DNA of 64,000 bases from NCBI GenBank assembly GCA_964597545.1, contig CAZQXN010000008.1, forward strand, positions 733-64,732. Direction: 5' to 3'. Positions 10,542 through 19,517 of this stretch are shown one piece after another (position 1 is the stretch's first letter; the number at the start of each line of letters is the position of its first letter). A program made the position numbers and the translations under genes. The DNA comes from an uncultured Planctomycetia bacterium. GTDB lineage: Bacteria > Omnitrophota > Gorgyraeia > 1-14-0-20-64-10. The notes beneath the pieces were generated by a model, which saw nothing but the letters and a program-made list of their open reading frames with translations, did not search any database and was not told the origin of the DNA.

Positions 10542-11105
10542 ATGAGTTTGGCCAACAAGCTTTCCATCTTTCGGATCCTCCTGGTTCCGGCCTTTGTGGC
10601 GTGCCTGATCTACTACCGCCCAGAAGAATCAGAGTGGCTGCGGTTTCTAGCCGTGGCCCTGTTTGGTCTCGGGGTGATCACCGATGCGGTGGATGGGTAC
10701 ATTGCCCGAGCAGAGCATCAGGCCACCCGCTTGGGAGCGATCTTGGATCCGGCGGCCGACAAACTGTTCTTGGTGACGGCCTTCTTGTGCTTAAGCTTGA
10801 TCTCCACCCTCCCCGAGCAATTCCGCTTGCCTGCTTGGGTTCCGATTTTGGTTTTCAGTCGGGATTTGATTATTGTTTGCGGCTGGCTGTTGATCGTTTT
10901 GGTGACCGGGGACCTTCAGGCCAAGCCCTCCAAGCTCGGTAAGGTCACCACCTTTTTCCAGATGATGACGATTGTCAGCGTCTTGCTGGGGCTTCCCTTT
11001 TCTCGGATGGTTCTGGTTTTGGCGATGGTCTTGACGGTCCTTTCCGGCATCGGCTACTTGCGCCGCGGCAACCGCCTGCTCAACGGGGCTGCCAAAGCCC
11101 CGTAA
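10542..11105 (+). CDS. pgsA: CDP-alcohol phosphatidyltransferase (PgsA-like)
   Basis: DAVDGYIAR...GAILDPAADK signature; hydrophobic. Confidence 0.88.
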   Translation: MSLANKLSIFRILLVPAFVACLIYYRPEESEWLRFLAVALFGLGVITDAVDGYIARAEHQATRLGAILDPAADKLFLVTAFLCLSLISTLPEQFRLPAWVPILVFSRDLIIVCGWLLIVLVTGDLQAKPSKLGKVTTFFQMMTIVSVLLGLPFSRMVLVLAMVLTVLSGIGYLRRGNRLLNGAAKAP

Positions 11106-11141
11106 GCGGCGGACACCATTCACAGGCAGAGAAGCACAGCC

Positions 11142-12497
11142 ATGTCTCAAACAACCGTTCCCACTGTAGCCCTCATTGGCCGGCCCAACGTGGGAAAATC
11201 TGCCCTCTTCAATCGGCTCCTGAGGCGCCGCCAGGCCCTTGTGGATGCCACCCCCGGGCTTACCCGGGACCGCCTTTACGGCGAGGTGCAGTGGCGGGGC
11301 AAGCACTTTCGGATCATCGATACCGGGGGCTTAAACTTCTCTAAGGCCGAGGCGATCTCCGAAGGGATTGCCGGCCAGGTGATCAAGGCGGTGGAGGAGG
11401 CGGATCTGTGCCTGCTGATCTGCGATGGCAAATCAGGTCCTCTGCCCCTGGATCGCGAAGTGGCCGATTGGGCTCGTCGATGGGGAAAGCCTGTGCTGGT
11501 GGTGGTCAATAAGATCGACAACGACAAGACCTTGGCTGGTATCTATGAGTTTTCTGCGTTGGGGCTGGGGGATCCTCTCGCCATCTCCTCCCTGCACGGC
11601 ATTCGGATTGGAGAGCTGCTGGATGAGATCCTCCTGCAATTCAAAGACGGAGAAGCTCCATCCCAAGAGGTATCATCCCAGCACGCCCCGTCCACTGTTC
11701 AGAAAGAAGGATCCCTGCGGGTGGCGATCGTGGGGCGGCCCAACGTCGGTAAATCTTCTCTGCTCAACCGCCTCCTGAATGAAGATAGGGTTCTGGTGGA
11801 TGCTGTTCCAGGGACCACGCGGGATCCGGTCGAGACCCTCTTGGATTACCGCCAACAGCGGTATGCCTTGATTGATACCGCCGGCATCCGTTCCAGACGG
11901 CACGTGAACAGCGCAATGGATGCGGTGGCGCGGTTGAAGGCCCAGCGGATGATCCGCTCCGCGGATGTCTGCTTAGGTGTGCTGGAGGCCAGCCGCGGTC
12001 TCATCAAGGATGATCTGAAACTCTTGGATTTGGTGATTACCTCCGGAAGGCCCCTCTGCTTGGCCCTCAACAAGTGGGATCTGTTGCCTCAGGAGGTTTC
12101 CCTTGAGGGGGTGGCTACCGAGATCTATCGGCGAGCCCCCTTCCTGCGTTTTGCCTCGATTATTGCCACCTCAGCTGCGACCGGTTTTCAAGTGCTGGGG
12201 GCTTTAGAAGCGTCAAAGGCGGCAGCAGACGAGGGGCGCCGGAAGATCACCACAGCACAAGCCCGGCATCTGCTGGAGGTGGTTCGAAAAGATCCTTCCG
12301 CTCCGGTTGGGGTTCGTAACGCCCACTTTATCCGGTTTTCACAGGCTTCGACCGCGCCCCCCGTGTTTCACCTCCTGGTTCGGGTGAAGCGTTCTTTTCG
12401 GGCGTCGGATGTCATGTTTCTAGAGAAGGTTTTTCGCAGGGAGCTGGGTTTTCAAGGTACACCCATTCGGCTGCATCTTTTGGTGAAGCGGCGATGA
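11142..12497 (+). CDS. der: Ribosome biogenesis GTPase Der
   Basis: Two tandem G domains (GRPNVGKS twice, DTGG/DTAG, NKID/NKWD). Confidence 0.96.
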   Translation: MSQTTVPTVALIGRPNVGKSALFNRLLRRRQALVDATPGLTRDRLYGEVQWRGKHFRIIDTGGLNFSKAEAISEGIAGQVIKAVEEADLCLLICDGKSGPLPLDREVADWARRWGKPVLVVVNKIDNDKTLAGIYEFSALGLGDPLAISSLHGIRIGELLDEILLQFKDGEAPSQEVSSQHAPSTVQKEGSLRVAIVGRPNVGKSSLLNRLLNEDRVLVDAVPGTTRDPVETLLDYRQQRYALIDTAGIRSRRHVNSAMDAVARLKAQRMIRSADVCLGVLEASRGLIKDDLKLLDLVITSGRPLCLALNKWDLLPQEVSLEGVATEIYRRAPFLRFASIIATSAATGFQVLGALEASKAAADEGRRKITTAQARHLLEVVRKDPSAPVGVRNAHFIRFSQASTAPPVFHLLVRVKRSFRASDVMFLEKVFRRELGFQGTPIRLHLLVKRR

Positions 12498-12673
12498 TTC
12501 GAGAGGCGACCGCTCGGGGGCGGAGTTGTGAAGAGACGTTTGTCGGCTCCAGCGTAGCCGACTGCACTCGGTCCGTGCGCTCGCTCGTCCCTCGCCCTGG
12601 CTCGGGACACCGTGCCCGCTCGCGCACGAAACACTCTTCAAACCCCGCACCCTCGGGTCGCCTTGCTCGAATC
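12496..12673. repeat. Long imperfect palindrome (MITE/REP-like) between der and plsY
   Basis: Paired arms GATTCGAG/CTCGAATC, AGGCGACC/GGTCGCCT, TGAAGAG/CTCTTCA. Confidence 0.7.
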
Positions 12674-12699
12674 TATGCCTTAGGTTATGGAGGCGGAAG

Positions 12700-13317
12700 G
12701 TGATTATATTCGGTGTAATTTGTGGTGCTTTTTTGCTAGGTGCGATCCCAACCGGTTTGATCGTTACCCGTTTGACCCGGGGGGTGGATCTTCGAAAGCA
12801 CGGCAGCGGCAATGTGGGGGCCACCAACGTCTATCGAGTGGTCGGTAAGCTCCCCGGCATCTTTGTCTTGGCGGTGGATGTGGTCAAGGGTGTTGTGCCG
12901 GTGAAGTTCCTTGCTCCCGCCGCCATCGGCTGGGGGGCGCAGATTGCCCCTGAAACCCTCCCGCTCCTGCTGGGTGTAGCAGCGATTGCCGGCCACGTCT
13001 GGAATCCGTTCCTTGGTTTTAAAGGGGGCAAGGGGGTGGCAACCGCCTTGGGTGTTTTGTCTGCGCTGGATCTTCGAGTGGGGCTGGGTGTCTTGGTGGT
13101 TTGGGGCATCACTGCCTTCTGGAGCCGCTATGTCTCAGTGGCCTCCGTTGCAGCTGCTGTTGCTGCCCCCTTTCTGATGGCATTTTTAGCTCTTCCAACC
13201 ACCTGGGTCCTGGGTGGGGTAGGGGTGAGCTTGGTCATTATTGCCCGACACCGCCCCAATATCCTCCGCCTGCTCCACGGAGAAGAGAATCGTATCGGGA
13301 AACAACCCTCCTCGTAG
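12700..13317 (+). CDS. plsY: Glycerol-3-phosphate acyltransferase PlsY
   Basis: GSGNVGATN, GHVWNPFLGFKGGKGVAT, RHRPNILRLLHGEE. Confidence 0.96.
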   Translation: MIIFGVICGAFLLGAIPTGLIVTRLTRGVDLRKHGSGNVGATNVYRVVGKLPGIFVLAVDVVKGVVPVKFLAPAAIGWGAQIAPETLPLLLGVAAIAGHVWNPFLGFKGGKGVATALGVLSALDLRVGLGVLVVWGITAFWSRYVSVASVAAAVAAPFLMAFLALPTTWVLGGVGVSLVIIARHRPNILRLLHGEENRIGKQPSS

Positions 13318-13460
13318 CCCTATTTTGCCCCTTCTGCATTAAAATAACACAAAGTTAGTTATATACCAAACGGTAGGCGTTAATACAATACATAAAGTTA
13401 AATATTGTTGGAATAATTATGCAACTTAAAGCATTTTATAAAGTAGAGAGGTATAGCGCG

Positions 13461-14720
13461 ATGAGAAAACGATTCCATTACCGCGGTCGTGGCCTCCTCG
13501 GTCAGAAATTAGAGGGGGATATGACTGCCTCTGACACAGACGAGGTGGTGCGGCGCCTTCATGACGCCGGCTATGTGGTCACCGCTGTCTCCAGGGCAGC
13601 CGACCGAGATCGTTTTGCCCGGTGGCTGACGCAATTCGTCCCGCCTCAAGAGCGCGTGGTCCTGCTGGAGGCTTGGGCGATGTATCTGGAATCGGGGTTG
13701 CCCATCCAGACAGCCCTTCTTCGTTTGAGTACCACAACCCGCAATGTCGGTGTGGCCCAAACCATTCAGAGAATTGCGGAGTCCATCGACGAGGGGATGA
13801 CTCTCTCCGAGGCGCTTCGTAAAAACCGATTCCTCCCCCCTTCGTGGGTCAATACCGTTGAGATAGGAGAGAAGCAGGGTGATTTTGCAGGACCCCTGCG
13901 CTTGCTTCAAAGACACGAACAGCGCTTCCGCAGCATCAAGCAACAACTGGTCTCAATGCTCATGATGCCCGTGGTTTTGGTGCTGCTGGTTACCGTCTGG
14001 TTCTGGCTCTTTGTGACTCGCGTCATTCCCGTTCTTATCGATTTCATGAGTCAGTTGGGTACCACGGTACCCTTAAGCAAGCCGATCATCATCATCTCTC
14101 AGATCTTCTATTCCAATGCCCTCTGGATCTTCCTGGCGATGGCCTTAGGGGCAATCTTCTTTAAAATGACGAACCGCTCCGACGAGGAGATGGGGTTCTT
14201 CCAGAAGTGGATTCCTCCCTCGGTACCCTGGGTGGGGCCCGTGGTCTCCTCGATGCAGCTGATCGTCCTGGCCTCGGGCTTGCGCTTCCAGCTGGAGTCC
14301 GGGGTCACCCTGCGGGAGGCGGTCAGGGCCATGGCCCAGGGGATTCGCAATCGGGCTCTACGCCGTACGCTGGTCAGGGTCTATCGGAAGCTCCTCCGGG
14401 GGGCCACGGTGTCAGAGGCCTTCTCCTCCCTGTCGCTCATTCCGCCGATGTGGCATGCTCTCTTGGCAGCCGGCGAGGAGAGCGGCAAGATACCGCAGGT
14501 GTTGGAAGTCTTAGAGCGTGAGGCGCGGGCCGATCTGCTGGCCAGGGGTAAACGACTCACAGTTGCCATGCGCAGCTTTGTGGTCATGGCAGCCGGCATC
14601 ATGGTGGCAACGCAGGCCTCCCTCTTCTTTGCGCTGGTCTACTCCGGCGTGGAAACGGCGTTGCCTGCCATTACCCCGGAGACCCGCGTTGACATAACCT
14701 TTCTCATGCCGATCCAGTAA
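13461..14720 (+). CDS. Type II secretion system F / PilC-like inner membrane platform protein
   Basis: Two T2SSF repeats (ESGLPI..AL / ESGVTLREA; GEKQG / GEESGKI) with three TM segments; GAGAGG before ATG 13461. Confidence 0.85.
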   Translation: MRKRFHYRGRGLLGQKLEGDMTASDTDEVVRRLHDAGYVVTAVSRAADRDRFARWLTQFVPPQERVVLLEAWAMYLESGLPIQTALLRLSTTTRNVGVAQTIQRIAESIDEGMTLSEALRKNRFLPPSWVNTVEIGEKQGDFAGPLRLLQRHEQRFRSIKQQLVSMLMMPVVLVLLVTVWFWLFVTRVIPVLIDFMSQLGTTVPLSKPIIIISQIFYSNALWIFLAMALGAIFFKMTNRSDEEMGFFQKWIPPSVPWVGPVVSSMQLIVLASGLRFQLESGVTLREAVRAMAQGIRNRALRRTLVRVYRKLLRGATVSEAFSSLSLIPPMWHALLAAGEESGKIPQVLEVLEREARADLLARGKRLTVAMRSFVVMAAGIMVATQASLFFALVYSGVETALPAITPETRVDITFLMPIQ

Positions 14721-14761
14721 TTCTTGCTCCAGAACACCCCTTTTTCACCCCGCTACACTCG

Positions 14762-14791
14762 TTGACCCTCATCCTCACAACATGGTACACT
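14762..14791 (+). promoter_or_regulatory. Putative sigma70 promoter for gpsA
   Basis: TTGACC-18 bp-TACACT with extended TG, ending 10 bp before the ATG at 14802. Confidence 0.45.
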
Positions 14792-14801
14792 CATTTGTCT
14801 T

Positions 14802-15800
14802 ATGACTCATCGATGTCGCGTGACCATCCTGGGCGATGGGGGATGGGGCACTTGCTTGAGTGTTCATCTGGCTGCCTTAGGGCACCAGGTGACTCTGTGG
14901 GGTGTTTTCCCAGAACAGATCCGTCAGATTCAGTCCAAGCGGAAGAATGCCAAGTTTTTGCCTGGCGTACCGCTTCCGCCTGAACTTAAGCTGACCGCTG
15001 ATCTCTCTGAGGCCTGGAACCAAGCCGAAGTCATTGTTGTGGCGGTTCCTTCCCGTTACCTGCGTGCTGTGCTTCAGCGCTGCGGTGAGGGACCGTGGGC
15101 ACAGGCGGTGGTGGTCAACGTGGTTAAGGGGATTGAGCCGGACAGTCTTCTGCGCATGTCAGAGCTCATTCGGGAGATGGTTCCGGCGCAGAGGTTGGCG
15201 GTTCTTTCGGGCCCCTCCATCTCTTATGAGGTTGCCCGCGGGGTTCCGACGACCGTTGTGGCCGCCTCAGAGACCCAGGCATTGGCCGAGGAGGTGCAGA
15301 CCCTTTTTACCGCGGAGCACTTTCGGATCTACACAACGACCGATGTTATTGGTGTGGAGCTGGGAGGCGCACTCAAGAACGTGATTGCCATTGCCTGCGG
15401 CGTGGCCGATGGGCTTAAATTCGGCACCAACACCAAGGCGGCGCTCACCAGCAGAGGTCTGGTGGAGATGGCGCGGTTGGGGCAAGCGCTGGGAGCGGAT
15501 CCTAAGACCTTTTCGGGTTTAAGCGGCCTCGGGGATATGATCACCACCTGTTTTTCTTCGCACAGCAGAAATCGAGCTGTCGGAGAGCGTCTGGGGCGCG
15601 GAGAAAAGTTGGAGGCCATTGCTCAGGGCATGGAGCAGGTGGCCGAAGGGATTACCACCGCACAATCGGCGCATGCCTTGAGCCAACGGGCGGGCGTTGA
15701 GATGCCGATTGCCCAAGCGGTGTATCAGCTGCTGTACGAGAAGAAGCCTCCGCAGCAGGCCGTACGGGAGCTGATGCTTCGGGATCCCAAGCCGGAATAA
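14802..15800 (+). CDS. gpsA: NAD(P)H-dependent glycerol-3-phosphate dehydrogenase
   Basis: GDGGWG Rossmann motif, GVELGGALKNVIAIACG, GLGDMITTC..SRNR. Confidence 0.97.
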   Translation: MTHRCRVTILGDGGWGTCLSVHLAALGHQVTLWGVFPEQIRQIQSKRKNAKFLPGVPLPPELKLTADLSEAWNQAEVIVVAVPSRYLRAVLQRCGEGPWAQAVVVNVVKGIEPDSLLRMSELIREMVPAQRLAVLSGPSISYEVARGVPTTVVAASETQALAEEVQTLFTAEHFRIYTTTDVIGVELGGALKNVIAIACGVADGLKFGTNTKAALTSRGLVEMARLGQALGADPKTFSGLSGLGDMITTCFSSHSRNRAVGERLGRGEKLEAIAQGMEQVAEGITTAQSAHALSQRAGVEMPIAQAVYQLLYEKKPPQQAVRELMLRDPKPE

Positions 15801-15839
15801 TCTTTTGAAGACTCGAATCTAAAGGGAGAAGCACTGCGA

Positions 15840-16169
15840 ATGACAGAATCTGCGGTCCAGGAAAAAATCGAGGAAATGGTTCGGCGTATCGTCGATCAGT
15901 TTCATCCGGAGAAGATCATTCTATTCGGTTCCCATGCGCGGGGAGGTGCTGGTCCGGATAGCGATGTAGATTTGCTGGTGGTCATGCGCGTGGAAGGATC
16001 GCGGCGCAAGAAGGCCACGGAGATCGATTTGTCTCTATCCGATCGAAAGATACCCCTTGATCTCCTCCTCGTGACGCCGGAACAATTTGACCGCGAGCGA
16101 GAGATGGTTGGGACGGTTATCCGGCCGGCAGTGCACGAGGGAAAGGTGCTCTATGAGCGTGCCGCCTGA
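15840..16169 (+). CDS. Minimal nucleotidyltransferase (MNT) antitoxin-like protein
   Basis: ILFGSHARG...DSDVDLLVV motif; overlaps the downstream HEPN gene. Confidence 0.9.
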   Translation: MTESAVQEKIEEMVRRIVDQFHPEKIILFGSHARGGAGPDSDVDLLVVMRVEGSRRKKATEIDLSLSDRKIPLDLLLVTPEQFDREREMVGTVIRPAVHEGKVLYERAA

Positions 16170-16569
16170 GATTCTCCGCGGGATCCGTCAGTGGATCGAA
16201 AGGGCGGAGGATGACCTCAGGAATGCCGAGCATACGCTGAGGCTTAAAGAAAATTGTCCGCTTTGGACCGTCTGCTTTCATGCCCAGCAGTGTGCGGAAA
16301 AGTATCTCAAGGGACTTCTTATTCTGCGGTCAATCGATTTTCCGAAAACGCATGATCTTGTTGTTCTGCTCAATCTTGCAGGGGGGCCTCAGGCTGTGGG
16401 AGTTGACCTGTTGGATGTGGAGCCGTTGAACCGGTATCCGGTGGAAGCCCGGTATCCCGGCGATTGGGATCCGGTTGATCGAGGGGAGGCCGAGCAGTCA
16501 GTGGGTATGGCCCGGAAAGTCCGCGAGGTGGTGCGGAGGCATTTCCCGGAGGCCGCCTTGAATGGATAA
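16153..16569 (+). CDS. HEPN domain protein (MNT-HEPN pair)
   Basis: AEDDL..A, CFHAQQCAEKYLKG, KTHDL, ARYP. Confidence 0.9.
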   Translation: MSVPPEILRGIRQWIERAEDDLRNAEHTLRLKENCPLWTVCFHAQQCAEKYLKGLLILRSIDFPKTHDLVVLLNLAGGPQAVGVDLLDVEPLNRYPVEARYPGDWDPVDRGEAEQSVGMARKVREVVRRHFPEAALNG

Positions 16570-16798
16570 GCGTCCGCTCCCATTTCCTGGTTTTGGGACT
16601 CTCAGGGAAGCATTTCAGGGAGGGCATCGGTGCGAAGGCGACTTGCCGGAGGCCGCCTACGGGAAAGCCATCAAGTACTGTTACGAGGATATGGAGGGCA
16701 AGCTCTGGATTACCAACGAGGAATACGCCAGCCAGGTGAATTTCTGTCCTTACTGCGGGCACAAGACAACAGTAGTGGTGGGACGTCACGATCTATGA
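16562..16798 (+). CDS. Small Cys-containing hypothetical protein
   Basis: 78-aa ORF coupled by overlaps to both neighbours; C-terminal FCPYCG. Confidence 0.6.
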   Translation: MDKRPLPFPGFGTLREAFQGGHRCEGDLPEAAYGKAIKYCYEDMEGKLWITNEEYASQVNFCPYCGHKTTVVVGRHDL

Positions 16799-17652
16799 TC
16801 ATCTTGCAACCGAATCAGTCAGAACAAAAAGCAAAACCCAAGACCCCCAAATCTTATATTGTTTTGGGTTGCATCGGTGGGGTCGTTTTAATGAATACAG
16901 TTGCGGGATTGGCTAGAGCCATTGGATTTTCCATTAAAGCACCTCCCCTGTCGCCTGATCAGGCATCGGCTTTTTCATCGTTTGTCGGAATTCTAGCAGC
17001 GGTTTCATTTATAGGTGGGTATTACTTGATTGCAAAAGTCGTCAAGCGGAGTCTGGCGATGGGGGTTATCGTACTGGCAGGGATTGGTTTTGTTGGGTTG
17101 TTATCGTATGCTGCGCAAGCAGGGACAAAGAGCCAAGTAGTCGGCTCTGGCCAAGCCGTTGCTATTACCCCATCGTTTGTAGAGCTTGATTCGAACATTG
17201 TTGATACAGATGAGTTTTCAATCTCGTTTCCTGCCAATCCCAGGAGAGCAGTTGTTACTCAAAAGGCTGGAGGCGAGAGCCTTCGTGTAGAAACCTATCA
17301 AGCAGGAGATGGCGTAGGTATGTACGCATTCTCCTACGGGCGGTTAAGCAGTGTTTTGAAAGGGGGTTCGCAGCAGAAAGAGTTTGTAAGGGATCTCTTC
17401 AAGGGTTTGCTCTCAACAGCAAAAAATGCTCAGACTCATACAGAGCATCAATCCGACCGGATGCCTTTCGACCTGTCGTATCTTTATACGAGTGACTTTC
17501 ATGGCGATACCTTAGCTCACATGGGAATGCTATTTCTTGTGGATGACAAAGCGTACATAAAGATTACCCTTGTCTATCCAGCGAGTCGTGTAGACGAAGC
17601 TGCGGAGAAATACACCCGGTTTTTAAACACACTCCAATTGAAGAAAAGGTGA
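16795..17652 (+). CDS. Hypothetical membrane protein (three TM segments plus a soluble C-terminal domain)
   Basis: ATGA overlap at 16795; hydrophobic N-terminal half; lower GC. Confidence 0.65.
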   Translation: MIILQPNQSEQKAKPKTPKSYIVLGCIGGVVLMNTVAGLARAIGFSIKAPPLSPDQASAFSSFVGILAAVSFIGGYYLIAKVVKRSLAMGVIVLAGIGFVGLLSYAAQAGTKSQVVGSGQAVAITPSFVELDSNIVDTDEFSISFPANPRRAVVTQKAGGESLRVETYQAGDGVGMYAFSYGRLSSVLKGGSQQKEFVRDLFKGLLSTAKNAQTHTEHQSDRMPFDLSYLYTSDFHGDTLAHMGMLFLVDDKAYIKITLVYPASRVDEAAEKYTRFLNTLQLKKR

Positions 17653-17921
17653 TGCGACAATTAAAACTGGAAGACATGGTGCCGGGTATGAAATTGGGTT
17701 CCAACGAGAGTCTTGCTACCCTGATAGAGGATTTGACGCGGCCGCCCGGCGTCGGAAACGATTTTGAAATTCGAAGATCTAGGGCGAAGGCCGTCTTTGA
17801 ATACATGCACTCGCTTCAGGTGGCGAAAAATAGCGAGCAGGTACGGTATGCGACATTGGTCATAGCCGGGGCGACTGTGTTCAACGCTATCGTTCTTACC
17901 ATCACACTATTTTTTCTGTGA
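17649..17921 (+). CDS. Hypothetical protein with C-terminal TM helix
   Basis: 90-aa ORF overlapping the previous stop; hydrophobic C-terminus. Confidence 0.5.
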   Translation: MMRQLKLEDMVPGMKLGSNESLATLIEDLTRPPGVGNDFEIRRSRAKAVFEYMHSLQVAKNSEQVRYATLVIAGATVFNAIVLTITLFFL

Positions 17922-18040
17922 TTCTTGGTTCAGTTTTTGGCAGGGGGGATAGGAATTGCTACGGTGGTCTATATTGGCCTACGGTGTTATCCGTTATAGT
18001 TTTTGTCGGGAAATCGGTTTTCGTAAGTTCTTATACCACA

Positions 18041-18117
18041 CGGGGCGTAGCGTAGTTTGGCAGCGCGCTTGCATGGGGTGCAAGAGGTCGGCAGTTCGAA
18101 TCTGCCCGCCCCGACCA
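18041..18117 (+). tRNA. tRNA-Pro(GGG)
   Basis: CGGGGCG acceptor stem, CTTGC-ATGGGGT-GCAAG anticodon arm, GTTCGAATC T loop, encoded CCA. Confidence 0.95.
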
Positions 18118-18138
18118 CTTAGCTAGAAGATAGGCAGA

Positions 18139-18191
18139 TGTCATCCTCCGGCTTGACCGGGGGATCGATTCCCGCTTTCGCGGGAATGACA
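18139..18191. repeat. GTCATCC-type (CGTC-tagged REP-like) inverted doublet
   Basis: TGTCATCCTCCGG..CCGGGGGATC plus GATTCCCGCTTTCGCGGGAATGACA. Confidence 0.85.
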
Positions 18192-18215
18192 AACCAGTAG
18201 AAACGACAGGAAAAA

Positions 18216-19517
18216 ATGATGGAAAAGATCAATGTTGGATTGCTGGGCGTAGGCACTGTTGGTTTTGGGGTCGCCAAGACCTTGCTCTCCCGGCGAGCCT
18301 TTTTGGCCCGCCAGGCGGGAGTGGAGCTGGTCTTGAAGCGCGTCTGCGATAAGGACCGCTCCAAGGCGCGGCTGCTTAGGATCGACAAGCCTCTTTTTAC
18401 CACCGATGCCAAGAAGATGCTGGAGGATCCGCAGATCCACGTGGTCGTCGAGCTGATTGGTGGAGTTCATCCGGCAAAGGAGATGGTCTTGAAGGCGATC
18501 GCCAACGGCAAATCGGTGGTGACTGCCAACAAGGCGCTCCTGGCGCATTCTGGGCCGGAGCTCTTCCATGCGGCCGACAAGGCCGGGGTGGATCTGTACT
18601 TTGAGACAGCGGTTGCCGGCGGCATACCGATCATCAAGTCCCTCAGGGAGGGCTTGGTGGGCAATGACATTGAGGCGATCTACGGGATCCTCAACGGCAC
18701 CACCAACTTTATTCTCTCGGAGATGTCCCGCGGGGAGGGGCGCTCTTTTGAGGCAGCCCTCAAAGAGGCGCAGGCCAGGGGTTATGCCGAGCAGAATCCC
18801 GCCTTGGATTTAAAGGGCGGAGATACCGCCCACAAGCTGGCGGTCTTGGCCTTTCTTGCTTTCGGAAAGGCAGTGCCCCAGAGCGCCCTTTACGTTGAGG
18901 GGATCGAAGGAATCACCGCCAACGATATCCGGTATGCCTCTGAATTCGGTTATGCCATTAAGCTTTTGGGGATTGCCAAGCGGATTGGCGAGCAGCTGGA
19001 GGTTCGGGTACATCCAACCCTGCTGCCCAAGTCGCACTCCCTCTCCGGTGTCAGTGGTGTGCACAACGCCGTCTCCGTGAAAGGGGACTTAGTCGGAGAG
19101 CTGGTGTTGTATGGCCAAGGGGCCGGGCGGTGGGCATCGACCAGTGCGATACTGTCGGATCTGGTGGATGTTGCCCGCAACCTCTCCTGTTCGACCCCTC
19201 AGCGGGTGCCGCCCCCGGGCCGCAATCGCCGGGTGCGTCGAATTCGGAAGATCGGAGAGCTGGAGGGGCGCTACTACTTCCGCTTCTCTGTGATTGACCG
19301 ACCCGGGGTGTTGGCCCGGATCGCTCAGATCTTGGGCAAACACAAAATCTCTATTACCAGCGTTCTGCAGAAGGACCGCCGCCACGAACAGATGGTGCCG
19401 GTGGTGATGATGACCCATGATGCCCGGGAGCGCAATGTCGAGCGCGCGCTCAAACAGATCGACAGCCTCTCGGTGGTGCGTCGCAAATCCGTCTCTATTC
19501 GGATGGAGCGAGGATGA
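18216..19517 (+). CDS. hom: Homoserine dehydrogenase with ACT domain
   Basis: [40 protein letters not shown]-terminal DRPGVLA ACT. Confidence 0.96.
   Translation: MMEKINVGLLGVGTVGFGVAKTLLSRRAFLARQAGVELVLKRVCDKDRSKARLLRIDKPLFTTDAKKMLEDPQIHVVVELIGGVHPAKEMVLKAIANGKSVVTANKALLAHSGPELFHAADKAGVDLYFETAVAGGIPIIKSLREGLVGNDIEAIYGILNGTTNFILSEMSRGEGRSFEAALKEAQARGYAEQNPALDLKGGDTAHKLAVLAFLAFGKAVPQSALYVEGIEGITANDIRYASEFGYAIKLLGIAKRIGEQLEVRVHPTLLPKSHSLSGVSGVHNAVSVKGDLVGELVLYGQGAGRWASTSAILSDLVDVARNLSCSTPQRVPPPGRNRRVRRIRKIGELEGRYYFRFSVIDRPGVLARIAQILGKHKISITSVLQKDRRHEQMVPVVMMTHDARERNVERALKQIDSLSVVRRKSVSIRMERG

Noticed and set aside
12494-12703. 69-aa ORF between der and plsY as a real protein
   Set aside because: It is the translation of a palindromic element (Arg/Ser/Pro-rich); treated as a repeat.
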